Source: the human T2T-CHM13v2.0 reference genome, Homo sapiens. Taken from it: 64,000 nucleotides of DNA. The stretch is taken from assembly GCF_009914755.1 (NCBI RefSeq), contig NC_060926.1. One strand, written 5' to 3'. Positions 42,536 through 54,229 of this stretch are shown piece after piece (positions within the stretch are counted from its first letter, which is position 1; every line of letters starts with the position of its first letter). The notes beneath the pieces are model-generated. The model searched no databases, was not told the origin of the DNA, and saw nothing but the letters and a program-made list of their open reading frames with translations. The translations under genes were made by a program, and so were the position numbers.

Positions 42536-42936
42536 ACGATATTTACCAAAAATATAGAGTTATAATAGCAGTTCTATGAATTGAGCAGCACTAGTTGTTT
42601 TTTTGTTTTGTTTTGTTTCATTTTTGTTGTTGTTTTTTTTTCATTTGTTTCTTTCACTTCAGGAGTCTAGTGTGAGTTGGAAGCTTCTAAACTGGTGTCA
42701 TCAAATTTATGGGACTCATTTTCTAATTTCAAGAAAATCAGCTTTGGGATTCAGACTCCCCTGGACCTGTTAATTCAAATCTAGTCTAGTTCTCAAGAAG
42801 CGTATTAGCAACACAGGGAAGCCCCCAAATCTCTCTTGGATACCTTTCCTAATGTTTCATGGTGTAAATACTAACCAGAATCTTTGTGTCTGGTACCAAA
42901 ATGTTACCCAGAATTTTGAGGTAAGGCCTAAGGATG

Positions 42937-43313
42937 TGTATTAGCAGTATTTCACACTGCTATAAAGATACTACCTGAGACTGAGTAATTTATAAAGGAA
43001 AGAGGTTTAATTGACTGACAGTTCCACACGGCTGGATAGGCCTCAGGAAACTCACAATCATGGTGGAAGACAAAAGGGAAGCAAGCTTGGACCTTTTCAC
43101 ATGGCAGCAGGAGAGAGAGAAATACAAGGAGTGAAGGGGGAAGAACCCCTTATAAAACCATCAGATCTTGTGAGAACTCACTCATTATCATGAGAACAGC
43201 ATGAGGAAATGGCCCTCATGATCCAATCACCTCCCACTTCCTTAGACTGGTGGGGAATATGGGGATTATAATTCAAGATGAGATTTAGGTGGGGACACAG
43301 CCAAACCATATCA
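42937..43313 (-). mobile_element. THE1D-like solo MaLR LTR, TSD GGATG/GAATG
   Basis: 'tgtattag...ctataaagatactacctgagactg...ggggacacagccaaaccatatca'. Confidence 0.92.
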
Positions 43314-43601
43314 GAATGCTTTTCAACATAGCCACAACATTAGGTGTCATGTTTCTTATGTGTTGATTTTAGTCACTATTTTCATCCTTTAGTTCCCCTG
43401 ACATGCTAAACAGATTCATGTGAATTTACCTTCCAGGGGTTATACAAAGGTGTTTGGTTATAATCTATATTGAAAGCATTTTGACTCTGTTAAATTTTAT
43501 ATCTTAATTAATGTGAATTGAAAAGAACTTAGTGACTGCAAATGGTGTGAAGAGATACTTATAGCTGTCTAGGCAATATGAGGTAAACTTACAATTCAAT
43601 T

Positions 43602-43984
43602 TGTGTAATAAAAATTGAACTAAAGAACCTAAGAAATGGGAATTTATCAAAACTGCAAAGCAAGCATGAATCAATCCCATTGCTGCAACTGTTCTGGGAA
43701 GATAAGAACATAAAAGTTTCAGTAGACATTTTGCTTAAAAGACCTGCTCTGTAGACTCCAGATGATGAAAAGTGACTTCAGTTTGCCCATTTTATCCAGT
43801 CCCTTTTCATTCCCTGCCTTAGAAACTCAAACGCAAGTCTCCCATGTGCCAGTCTCAATTCCGTAAAACCTCCTTTGTAACTGCTCTTTCCAAACCTTGT
43901 ATTTATTTCTGGACAAGATGATTAATAAAAATCAACTTGGTTTTGATAATGGTTTTTCTGTTGATCTTTGTGGGGACCCGTACA
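43602..43984 (+). repeat. 5' LTR of the provirus
   Basis: First 45 nt match the 3' LTR start at 32/45 ungapped; AATAAA at ~43924; ends in CA, followed by PBS-like 'tgaggctccactggg'. Confidence 0.75.
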
Positions 43985-44754
43985 ATTTTATGAGGCTCCA
44001 CTGGGTCCTATTCAAAACTCCCTTCTTATGTGGCCCAAGACCTCTGACTTGAGACTGTCTGGCACTTCCAATACCCCTTGACCCACTCCTGCCAGGAGTC
44101 TGTTCTAGGCTGCTGTGGTAAATAACTTTCCAGCAAGAGATAAGCTCTGATCTTTATGCAGTAAGCCCCCTGCTGGGTTCATCTTGCATCTTAGGAATTT
44201 GTCCTTTGGGAATATTTTTATTTCTAACCAAAGTTAACTACTTATTTTCTTTGGTGAAAGCTGCCAACTATCACTTTTGCCTCTTAATTTTTTTTTTATT
44301 TCTAAAGAATGTAATCTCCTGTTGTATATTTACATAAGAAAACTCATAGGATAGAAGACAGAGATACTCCCTACTTAATCTATTCTCCAAATCTCCCCTA
44401 ATGACTAATAAGCTAAAATTCTCATTAGAAAATCATCCTTTCTACAACAAACTGCCTTGGGTCCTCCTTCAAAACTATGTAAGCACCACCTACCTTTTAT
44501 CTTGTATTTGAAAAGTTTACTCTTACGTAGATTGCTTCCGTATATATTCTGCCTGTGGGGGACCATCAATTGTTCAGTTGTTGTAGAGATGATCTGACGA
44601 TCAGGGACGATCAGGAAGAGATGGGGGACTTAGGGCATGGAATATTATAACTAGACACTTTCAACCAAACATATTTATGTTGTTCGTGGGTTTGTATAAT
44701 AGTTAATATAAACCACCTCCTAGCAGTCCTACAAATTCTTATATCCACTTAAGC

Positions 44755-45480
44755 TCTCATCATGCACCTATCTCTCTAAATGGCATAATTTTTTTTACCA
44801 AGGACCATTTGAAAATACAGAAGCCATTCTGTGGAACATTTGATATGTCTAACAGTGTATTACCTTTCAGGTTAACAAGATAATAAGAATCAAAACATCC
44901 AATAATCATTTTTAAATTGATATGTAGATACTCTTCAAAGAGAGTTCAAATTAGCATCCTTAAAGGTCACTTTGCAAAGGTTAAAGAGAAACTCATTTCA
45001 ATCTCTGATCTTCTCTTTCACTTTTTCTACCTCCTCCTTCTATCACTCCTTAAGCCTCTACAAGAATTTTTGTCTTTAAGGATACTCTACAAGAATGTCC
45101 TTTTCCTCAAGAAGTTCCTTCAAGAAACTAAATATTGCTTTCAGGCTGAACTTCATGCCATTTTCAAAGAGTTTTCTAAACATAAAGAAGAGAAAACCAA
45201 ATAATACTTGTGCCAATTTCATCAACAGAAACTTACTCTATAAAGGGAGCTGTAAACAAGAGACTTTTTTCAGAAGACCCAGAAAATTCTCCTACCGATA
45301 AACAAATTATTGTTGAATTAGTCATCTCTATACCCAAGCTATACAAGCTTCAAAACAAAATTGAAGAGTTGGCTTTTACAAGAATACTGATGGGCTAATA
45401 CTACCAGATAATCCATGAAAAATTCCATACTGATAATGTGTAAATTTTGCCTAAATGACTGATTCCCTTAAGGTAGATGC
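44755..45480 (+). pseudogene. gag: ERV gag remnant (MA and CA N-terminus), frameshifted
   Basis: SCTYLSKWHNF/TKDHLKIQKPFCGTFD (44760-44844; cf. MA WPxxGTFD); AELHAIFKEFSKHKEE in ORF 44917-45204; SEDPE; LKVD at 45467-45478. Confidence 0.65.
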
Positions 45481-47830
45481 CAAAGAAGGCAATAAAATTA
45501 ATTTTTAAAACCATAGAGATTAGAAAGAGGAGAGAAAACTTTTTATTTGCCAATGGTAAATTCATTTATGTAGAAAACTTTAAGCAATTTACAAAAAAAT
45601 ATTCTATTAGAACTAACAAATGAGTTTATCTATTTTGCAGTATGAAAAATAAATATCAAACAACCATTGTGCTTCTATATGTTAAGAATCACTTGGAAAT
45701 GAGATATAAACTATTGCATTTAAAATATCTTTAAAAACAAACAATACTGTGAGATGAATTTAATAATATATGTTCTAGGCCTTACACAATGAGAACAATA
45801 AAATAATGCAGAGAGAAATTAAAGAAGGCTAAATAAATGGACAACTCTACCACATTCAAGGATTGGAAGGCTCAATATTATTATGATGGAATTTCTCCCC
45901 AAATTGGTCTATGTATGCAACTCAAACACTATATAAAATACTAACAGTGTTTTTAGATTGACTGATTTCTTTACATAAAAATTCAAAGGACCTAGAAAAG
46001 CCAAAATAACATTATAAAATTTGTTAAAGTTTGAGAACACTACTTAATTTCAAGACTTACTATAAAGGTGCAGCAATCAAGTCATTGTAATATTGGCACA
46101 AGGATAGACATATAGAGTAAAGGAACCAAACAGAACATGAAATAAACCAACCTATATGTGGTCAACAGATTTTTTCCAATAAATTTATCAAGCTATTTCA
46201 GTGGGGAGAAAAAAATTTTTTTAACAAATGGTGATGAAACAACTGGGTATATACAGGGGTGAAATGAACCTTGAACTTTTCCTCGTCTATGAAAATTAAC
46301 TCAAAATTAATCTATACCTACATGTAAAAGTCAAAGCTATAAAATGTCTCAAAGTAAATGCAGTAGAAATTCTCAGTCATAGGGTAGAAAAACGTTTCTT
46401 AAGTGGGATACAAATAAAACAAGTAAATGAAAAAAATAATTTGTACTTTATCAAAGCTAAACATTTATGTTCTTTGAAAGACACTGTTAAGGAAACGAAA
46501 AGACTAGTCATAGACTAATATAAAATATTTGTAAAAGATATACCTGCTTTAAAAACTTAATCTAGAATATAGATTTTTAAAAGCTCATATAGAATATAGA
46601 TTTTAAAAAGCTCTTACAACCCAACAAAAATGAACAAAGAACTAAACAGCCACTTTATAAAATGAAATATAAATGCCAATTAGGAACATATAAGATATTT
46701 GCCATGATAGGCCTTTAGAAAATGCAAACTAAAGCCACAATGTGATACTACTATATACCCACTAGAATTAAAACAAAATTGTAAAAGAAAACATCAAATT
46801 TGGCAGGGAAGTGGAGCAACTGGCACTCTTCTGTACTGCCAGTGATACTACATAGTAACACAGTTGTTCTGGGAAATAGTTTGGCAATTTTATACAAATG
46901 GCCAACAAGCATATGAAAAAATGCTTAACATCACTAATCATCAGAGAAATGCAAATTAAAACCACAATGAGATATCATCTTATACCAGTCAGAATAGCTA
47001 TTATTAAATGTCAAAAAATAACAGATGTTGGTGTGGATACAGAGAAAAAGGAACGCTTATACAATGTTGGTGGGAATGTAAATTAGTACAACCTCTACGG
47101 AAAACAGTATGGAGGTTTCTCAAAGAACTGCAAATAGAAGTATTCTTTGATCCAGCAATCCCACTACTGGATATCTACCCAAAAGAAAAGAAATTATTAT
47201 GTTAAAAAAGACACCTTCACAGATATGTTTATCACAACACTATTCACAATAGCAAAGATAAGGAATCAGTCAACTGTCTACCAACAGATGATTGGATAAA
47301 GAAAATGTAGTGTGTGTGTGTGTGTGTGTGTGTGTGTCTGTGTGTATACAACGGTATACTATTTCAGTGAAATACTATTCAACCACAAGAAAATAAAATC
47401 ATGTATTTTGCAGCGCAGCATGGATGGAACTGGAGACCATTATCTTATGGGAAGAGAAACAGAAAGTCAAATACCACATATTCTCACTCATAAGTGGAAG
47501 CTAAATAACATGCACACAGGACATAGAGTGTGGAATAATAGACACTGGAGGCTCAGAAGGGTGGGAGGATAGGAGGGGGTGAAGGATGAGAAATTACTTA
47601 ATGGGTACAATGTACATTATTTGATTGATGGCTATACTAAAAGCTCAGACTTCACCACTACACAATATATCCATGTAAACAAAACTGCATTTATACCCCT
47701 TAAATCTATACCAAAAAAAAAAAACCATAAACTTGCATTTACCATATATCCCAGCAACCTCATTCTAGGTATTTCCCCAAAAGACGTAAAAACACATTTA
47801 CCTCAAAGATTTGTGCACCAATGTTCACAG
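45481..47830 (+). mobile_element. Old L1M (L1MB/MC-like) ORF2 fragment inserted in gag (45481-~46890 and ~47725-47830); its 3' end is lost
   Basis: Decayed ORF2: 'ttttatttgccaatggtaaattcatttatgtagaaaac', 'ggattggaaggctcaatatt', 'caagacttactataaag'; resumes after the nested L1 at 'accatatatcccagcaacc'. Confidence 0.8.
46891..47724 (+). mobile_element. L1MA1/2-like 3' end nested in the older L1, with internal (TG)n at ~47310-47345 and an A tail
   Basis: ORFs 46898-47205 ([23 protein letters not shown]; NNRCW...[10 protein letters not shown]); 3' UTR 'aagctcagacttcaccactacacaatatatccatgtaa'. Confidence 0.88.
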
Positions 47831-47861
47831 ACACAATAACACAAATTCCCCACCTAACAGT

Positions 47862-49232
47862 TTTATAGATGGCATTTACTTAAGGAATGATCAAAGAAAA
47901 TACCAGGCTGGATATGCAAGACCCATCTCTGTATAACTTCTAGAATTCAATCCCTTCCCAGCTATTTAGCCAAAATTCCTAGAGAAAGTCACAATTTTCT
48001 AAATTGCCAAAGAACCAATATCTGTACCAACAGCAGATATCCTTTTAGGGTCATACATGATTTTGGCATGATGTGGAAAAAGGAAATTTCCTCATGTCTG
48101 ATGCCCCCAGTAAAAGTAGGCAGAAAACACACAAATTATTAAAATCCTTCAATTGTCAAAGCAGTTAGATATAATTTAAATTGAAGCTCACAGTATATAA
48201 CATAAATTCTGTAACATGGTTAATTGGGAGAAACATAACAGGCCACAAATATTGGCCATATATGTATTTTTGAATTTCCTAGTTGCCACATAGAAATTTA
48301 AATATGCAATTAATTTGAATAATATATTTTATTTAAACACATATGTTCAAAATATTATCTTAAAATGTATTATAACTAATATAACAATGTTAATGAGATA
48401 CTTCACATTCTTTTCTATTAAGCATTCAAAGTTTACTGCTTCACACTTACAGTACATCCCCATTTGGATTAGCCAAAATTCAAGTGTTCAATAGCCACAT
48501 ATGGATAATGCCTACCGTATCAGACACCAAAGCTCTAGAAGCTACTGAAAATGCCCTAGCTAATCATTATTATTTACAAAAAAAAAAAAGCTCCCTTGAC
48601 ATAGGTCCCCCCATAAGGACCATTCAACGATTAAGGGATAAATCTATGTATTTTTCCAAAGAGTCTATCATAAAAGCTGATAATTCAGCCTAAAATTCTG
48701 AGAAAAATAATATGAATTATCTGGTTGGAAAACCCAAGATAAATTTGGTGAGGCCAAATATTTGATTATTGGCACTGATAGCCTCAAATGGACATTCACA
48801 AAAATTATTCAGGAAAAGTTACCATTGTGAAAGACAAAAGTTGGTTACCATGAAAAAATAACATGGTGAGTAAAGTTGTGGTTTGTTTCTGACTCATAAT
48901 CAACATAATACTGAAAAAACTGAATCATCTGAGGATATCTACACACCTATTTTAGCCCTGAATCTTCTTTAAGCTTAGTTAAATATTATAAAAGGCTAAT
49001 TCATGATACTGTCTCATCATCAAGAATTAAAACTATCTCTCCACAATATCCCTGTGTTCAGCCATTACAAAATCCTCAACCTGAATTTTTGGTGTTTTGA
49101 AAAAGTTAACAAAGAAAGGCTGCCCTTGAACCTTGTTGGAAACAATTTTATTGGGTACTGTTAAGTATACATACAGTAATCAGACTTCAGTGTGTTGACA
49201 CTTGGGTCCATGGTCTACAATTTAACATGTTC
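47862..49232 (+). pseudogene. pol: ERV pol remnant: RNase H plus integrase N- and C-termini (PR, RT and IN core missing)
   Basis: FIDGIYLRNDQRKYQAGYA (47862-47918), NICTNSRYPFRVIHDFGMMWKK (48017-48082), LSKQLDII*IEAH, EATENALANHY (48538-48570), QHNTEKT (48901-48921), QRKAALEPCWKQFYWVLLSIHTVIRLQCVDTWVHGLQF (from 49110). Confidence 0.85.
48215..48533 (+). mobile_element. MER33 (hAT-Charlie) inserted in RNase H
   Basis: 'aatttcctagttgccaca...aataatatattttatttaa...caagtgttcaatagccacatatggataatgcctaccgtat'. Confidence 0.85.
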
Positions 49233-49299
49233 AATTCCATATGCCAATCTAAACTCTTGGGTTACCTCCAGATGAGGATACCTAGATATTTCTCAGAAG

Positions 49300-51320
49300 T
49301 AGTTGATGCCATAAAGCAGACACCTTCCACCAGGAATTTTGGCTCGAGCAGATGATTCTTGATGCCCATAGTCTCTACTAAAAATCTGTGTAACACAAAT
49401 AATAATGCTTCTTTAATCTGCATAGAGTTATTCTTTATTTTCCTAGCTATCTTCTTTTCTCTCTGTGGGTTTAAGGTTTTGGATAGCTGAGATACTGGTA
49501 GCCCCTTTACTATTGCTCCACTAATGTCCCTATTCCTATTTATTGTTCTTCTCACTCCTCATCTAATTCCTGGCTATGATGTATTCATTATTTGGCTAAA
49601 ACATGCAATCAAATCAAAAGTCAAATTGTTTCTAATTTTCTTTGGATGCCATCCAGCTTCCTTTCATACCAGTTGAAAATCAGTTAATTTCATGAGTATT
49701 TGTATTCAAACACAAAATGGCAAACATAACCCTAGACTAGACAAAGTCAAAAGATTTTTATCACATGATACGTAATATTGGCAGATTCTGTCTCCATAAA
49801 ACAAACCTGGGGCTTTTCATAGGAGCTAGACTTCATAACTAAACATTCACAGAACTAAAACTTGGTGAAGAACTAAGAAATGGATTCTACGCAAGTCAAA
49901 CTGCCTCATTTTTATAAACCTTCCAAAGAAACATACTACTCAGGCCCTACCTAATTCATGCTCTTTTAGTATAGATCCACTTTTTGCTCTTTAATTCCTC
50001 TGTCTGGTGCGAGACCACTCTTGCAGAGTGACATTGTAACCATATAACACAAACAATCTTATGGGAATATTTTGGCTAAAAATTGATCATCAGGTGGTCA
50101 CCAATGCCTAGTAGTGTATTTTCATCCGAAAAGCTTATTTGCTACAAAGTACAAATTGAAGAGAGACTTGCTGCCTCTCTCTTCAATGTTGGAAACAGGC
50201 ACCTGCTTTTGAGGTAATCCCTGATATCACTCTTGGTCCATATTGGCCTATCAATTCACTTTCTTGAAAAAGAGAGAGAGAGAGAGAGAGATCCTCAGCT
50301 AAGTTAAATCAAGAAGAATGTCTGGGCTTTGATTGAGACCCAAGTCTTATTCATTGATGTGAAATTGTGGAATTCTGGATATCTATTTTTTTGTTCTTAA
50401 CCCTCTCTTTCTCAAGCTTTCCAACAGGACACACATGAAAAAACAGGGACCATCCTAATATCCTACTTACTATGGTTCAGAGATTGGCAGGAGATATAGG
50501 CAATATCATTAAAACATATTATCTTCTCACTCAAGAAGTTCACAAGATTGTGGTCCAAAGCACAGCAGCCCTAGATGTAATATTGTCCTCTCAAGTTGGA
50601 GCACATGACATATCAGGGGAAAATCTTGTGCCATTATCCCTACAAGTCTTTCTGGGGTCTTAAAGGTAACCAAAACTATTTGAGGAAAAAAAATTAGAAA
50701 ATTAGGAAATTTGGCTAATACCACTCTATCTAGTTCTGCTGAATTTTGAAATTAGAGTTGAAATTTGTGCTCTTGGTTTAACTTGGCACAGTTGGCTCCT
50801 GACCTAGCATCAACTACAAAATCTCATCACAATCCTTTTTTTAGTATTGTTCTCTGCTATGATTTAGACATGTTTTGTTTGGCACTGCTGAGTCTCTTGT
50901 TGAAATTTGATTCCTAGTGTTGGAGATGGGCCTGGTGAGAGGTGTTTGGATCATGGGGGTGGATCCCTCATGAATGGCTTCCAAGGGAGTGAGTGAGTTC
51001 TCACTCTTAGTTCTTGAGAGCACTAGTTGTTGAAAAGAGCCTGGCACCTTTTCCCTACTCTTTCAGCTCCTCTCTCACCATGAGATCTGTACATGCTAGT
51101 TCCCCTTCACCTTCTACCATGAGGAGAAGTTCCTTGAGGCCCTCATCAGAAGCAGATATTGGTATTATGCTTCTTGGACAGCCTACAGGGGCTGAGACAA
51201 ATCAACTTCCTTCCTTTATAAATTACCCAGCCTCAAGTATTTCTTTATAGCAGCATAAACGAACGAAGACAGTCTCTGTTCCAATTCTGAAATGGTGGTC
51301 TCCATTATCCTAAATTCCAC
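49300..51320 (+). pseudogene. env: ERV env remnant; TM immunosuppressive-domain region recognisable at ~50470-50640
   Basis: KIVVQSTAALDVILSSQVGAHDISGE, then (frameshift) SCAIIP, cf. VVLQNRxALDxLLAxQGGxCxxIGExCCxYIP; hydrophobic LQNLITILFLVLF just before 50855. The 5' boundary is a guess. Confidence 0.65.
50855..51271 (+). mobile_element. MSTB-like solo MaLR LTR, TSD TTCTC/GTCTC, inserted in env
   Basis: 'tgctatgattt...ggtgtttggatcatgggggtggatccctcatgaatggctt...ctttataaattacccagcctcaagtatttctttatagca'. Confidence 0.92.
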
Positions 51321-51489
51321 TCTGTCTCCAGATAATACAATAATAACTCAACAGAAGCAAGAGCTAGCTTATATTGAAGTCCAAATGTCAATGAATGTGA
51401 CAAACGTCAACCACAGTTTAGATCTGGACTGAGCACCTTGGTAGATGGTCAAACTTGCAGTTCTGGCTAAAGGATGACTAAAGAGAAGA

Positions 51490-51892
51490 TGAGAAATAAA
51501 ATCTCAACTTGAAAATCTAACAAATGAAAATCTACTCCGACTTCAAAATTAAATAAACCACCCCATTTTCATAGTTCTGAAAATAAGAAAATACAAAATG
51601 CAGTGAAGTGTTAACTTGAAGGCCCCCAGACAATCAAAAGTAATCCCATCTGGCTATTTTAGCTTATCTCTCTAGCAGTTTCCTTGCTTGTGAAGTCTAC
51701 CTCAAAAAACCACCAAATTTCTAACCTTAACCCTGGTGCCAGATTTATACAAATAATTCGGCAACTTTCCTTTTATAGGTATTATTAAAACTTTGTGCTT
51801 AACAGCATTCTACCTTGCCAGAAATATTATGAATAAAACCAGCTTGTTTTTTGAGATAGGCTTTGCTAGTGATATTTATTGGGATTCCAACA
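51490..51892 (+). repeat. 3' LTR of the provirus, preceded by a polypurine tract (51480-51489)
   Basis: 'aaagagaaga|tgagaaataaaa'; AATAAA at ~51832; ends 'ttccaaca' followed by AATT. Confidence 0.8.
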
Positions 51893-52055
51893 AATTATAC
51901 CTTTGATTACTTTTTCATTTACCTAGCTGATATGCATCTATTATTAGCAGTTTTAATATAAAATAGTAGTTTTTATGTGTAAACAGTTAAATTTGGTAAA
52001 GCTGTTGTTCTTTGACCCAAACGATATGTATTTACTGTTTCCCAGAAATTTGCAA

Positions 52056-52150
52056 CATACATACATACACACATACAATATGTGGATACATACAAAAACA
52101 CACACACACACATACATACATACACAAAATATATGGATACACACACACAC
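52056..52150. repeat. Compound (CATA)n/(CA)n repeat with a ~56-bp higher-order duplication
   Basis: 'catacatacatacac...aatatgtggataca' and 'catacatacatacac...aatatatggataca'. Confidence 0.8.
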
Positions 52151-53149
52151 CAAACAAAATTTTCTAAATTGGCAGATCATTTATCTGCATAATTACCCCA
52201 ATTGTTACCAAAATAGTAACTATGAGGAGAAGCAACATCAAGAACTCTGAGTAGTGAAGACTCTCCTCTAAAAACCCTGACCTTGAGTAAACAGAATGGC
52301 TGAAAGTATGAAAATGGAACGAAATGGTAAAGATGGGAGAAAATAATGTTCAAGACAGGTCTGTATTTCTGAACTCTTTGTTAAGCAAGTCCTCCTTAGC
52401 TGTTCTGAGGCTACGCAGTTTACCTAATTTACCACCTAAAGCCGTTTATAAATAAATCAAACAGAAGCTATGAAAGGAAGCTAAATCATCCATCATGCCT
52501 TTTGAGGCCTAGTCTACCTAAAAACAAACATCATTTAATTCCAGTTTACTGTAGCAGCAAGTGGAAATAACACGAAGTCCTCGTGAGCCTGGCACTGCCT
52601 CCTGACACAGAGATCTGGTGCCAAGTTGCTGAGTGATTTCAATATCAGGGTTGAATAATCATTTTCATCATTCATTTTAAATGAACAGTGACATGTCATT
52701 AATTAGTATTAATCAGGAAATTACCACATAAGCGCAGAGAGAATGGTGGCCCACACACAGCTCATTAAGCTTACAGAGCTTAAGACATGAACTGAAATTT
52801 TAGATGCAAATAACTCATTTAAAAAAATCTTTCTAATATAATATGAAACAAAAATGGATTTTAAGTAAATATTTTTAAAGTAAATGAAATATTAGCTTTG
52901 GTCAATAACCATGACTATTTGTTTTTCTAAAGGAGGAAAAAAATATTTTCCACTGCAAAAGAAGTACTACAGATCAAAAAATAAATGTCACATATGAAGA
53001 AAAAATTCTACCAATAAATTAATATCTCAGCATGCTATTTTATAAATGACATTTGTAGAGAAGGCAGAGTGAAATCTATGTAATAAACAGTTAATCCAAA
53101 ACTTCAATTTGACTATTAATTGATCTTCTTGCTGATGTTAAAGAGAAAT

Positions 53150-53905
53150 ATTATTACTAAGAACCAAAAATAAGAAAAGCATATTGACTTCTGTATTTTC
53201 TGTGCATCTTAAGCATTTGACAGACATTTTCTTGGAAATAATTGAAGTGAGCCTGTGACTTCAAGGAAGACACCTTGTGTTTGTTGCCAAAAATGTAAGC
53301 TTTCCAACAAAAAGCAAAATTTTGAAAAATTTATATCTACCATATGATAACTTCCCACAAAATGTATCTTCTGATGAGATCAGTGGTGATATTAACAAAT
53401 GTGACTTTTTTCACATTATAAAATCAAATATGTTGACATTCAGAATACTTGCATCACTCAGTAAACCAATGTTTTCCAAATGACCAATCCATGATGTTAA
53501 AAAAATATAAAAAATAAAAAAATTGAGTCAGGCATGGTGGTTCACATCTATAGCCCTAGCTACTTGGGAGGCTGAGGTGGGAGGATTAAAGCCAGGAGTT
53601 CAAGGATGCAGTAAGGTATGATCACATCATTGCACCACTCCACTCCAGCCTGAGCAATAGAGTGAGATACCCCATCTAAAAAAAAAAATCAATAAGGGCC
53701 AAAAGATTTTAATGTCACAGAGTACAAAATTCATTCATATGGTTTCTGATTGCATGTTGCAACTAACTTTTAAGAACCTAGCAGTTCCAAATGGTGGTAT
53801 CAAGAAAAGGTTTTGAAAATAATCCTACCTTTTTCAACTATATGTGAAAGAAAATCTTGCTTAATATATTTTAAACAAAACAATGCATTGCAACAGATTA
53901 AATGT
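53150..53905 (+). mobile_element. Charlie1-like hAT DNA transposon fragment
   Basis: 'tgagatcagtggtgatattaacaaatgtga...ttttccaaatgaccaat...gattttaatgtcacagagtac...gcaactaacttttaagaa'. Confidence 0.8.
53525..53688 (+). mobile_element. Alu monomer (FRAM/FAM-like) within Charlie1
   Basis: Single arm 'ggcatggtggttcac...agctacttgggaggctgagg...cactccagcctgagcaatagagtgaga' plus A tail. Confidence 0.85.
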
Positions 53906-53909
53906 GGGT

Positions 53910-54229
53910 GTTGGTATAATTTATTTCCTTGTGGCAGTATGGCTGAAATATCTTCAGCTCCTCAAAGCCACCCTTAGGTCCCTGCTACATGTCCCTGTTC
54001 TTAGGCTGTTCATACTGCAACAGCTTGCTTCTTCAAGGCTAGCAGGAGAGAGTGTCCAGTCTTCTAAGACTTATATAATATAACCTAATCAAAGGAATGG
54101 CATTCCATCACTTTTGCCATATTCTATCGGCTAGAAATAAATCACAAGCTCTGTCTGTACTCAAGGAGAGGGGATTATAGAAAGGAAGGGGAGGAGAATA
54201 TTGGAAACCACCCTGGAGTCTATCACACA
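53910..54229 (-). mobile_element. MLT1F-like LTR
   Basis: 'cagcttgcttcttcaaggctagc...catcacttttgccatattctat...ctcaaggagaggggatta'. Confidence 0.75.

Larger units (their letters stand above)
43602..51892 (+). mobile_element. Ancient class I (ERV1/gammaretrovirus-like) provirus, LTR-gag-pol-env-LTR, with AATT TSD and nested later insertions
   Basis: Homologous TG...CA LTRs; AATT at 43598-43601 and 51893-51896; collinear gag, RNase H, IN and env-TM motifs on the + strand. Confidence 0.85.

Noticed and set aside
46562-46613. ~28-bp tandem duplication (also 10-12-bp duplications near 4450, 10401 and 44596)
   Set aside because: Ordinary slippage duplications of two copies each; not an array or CRISPR-like structure.
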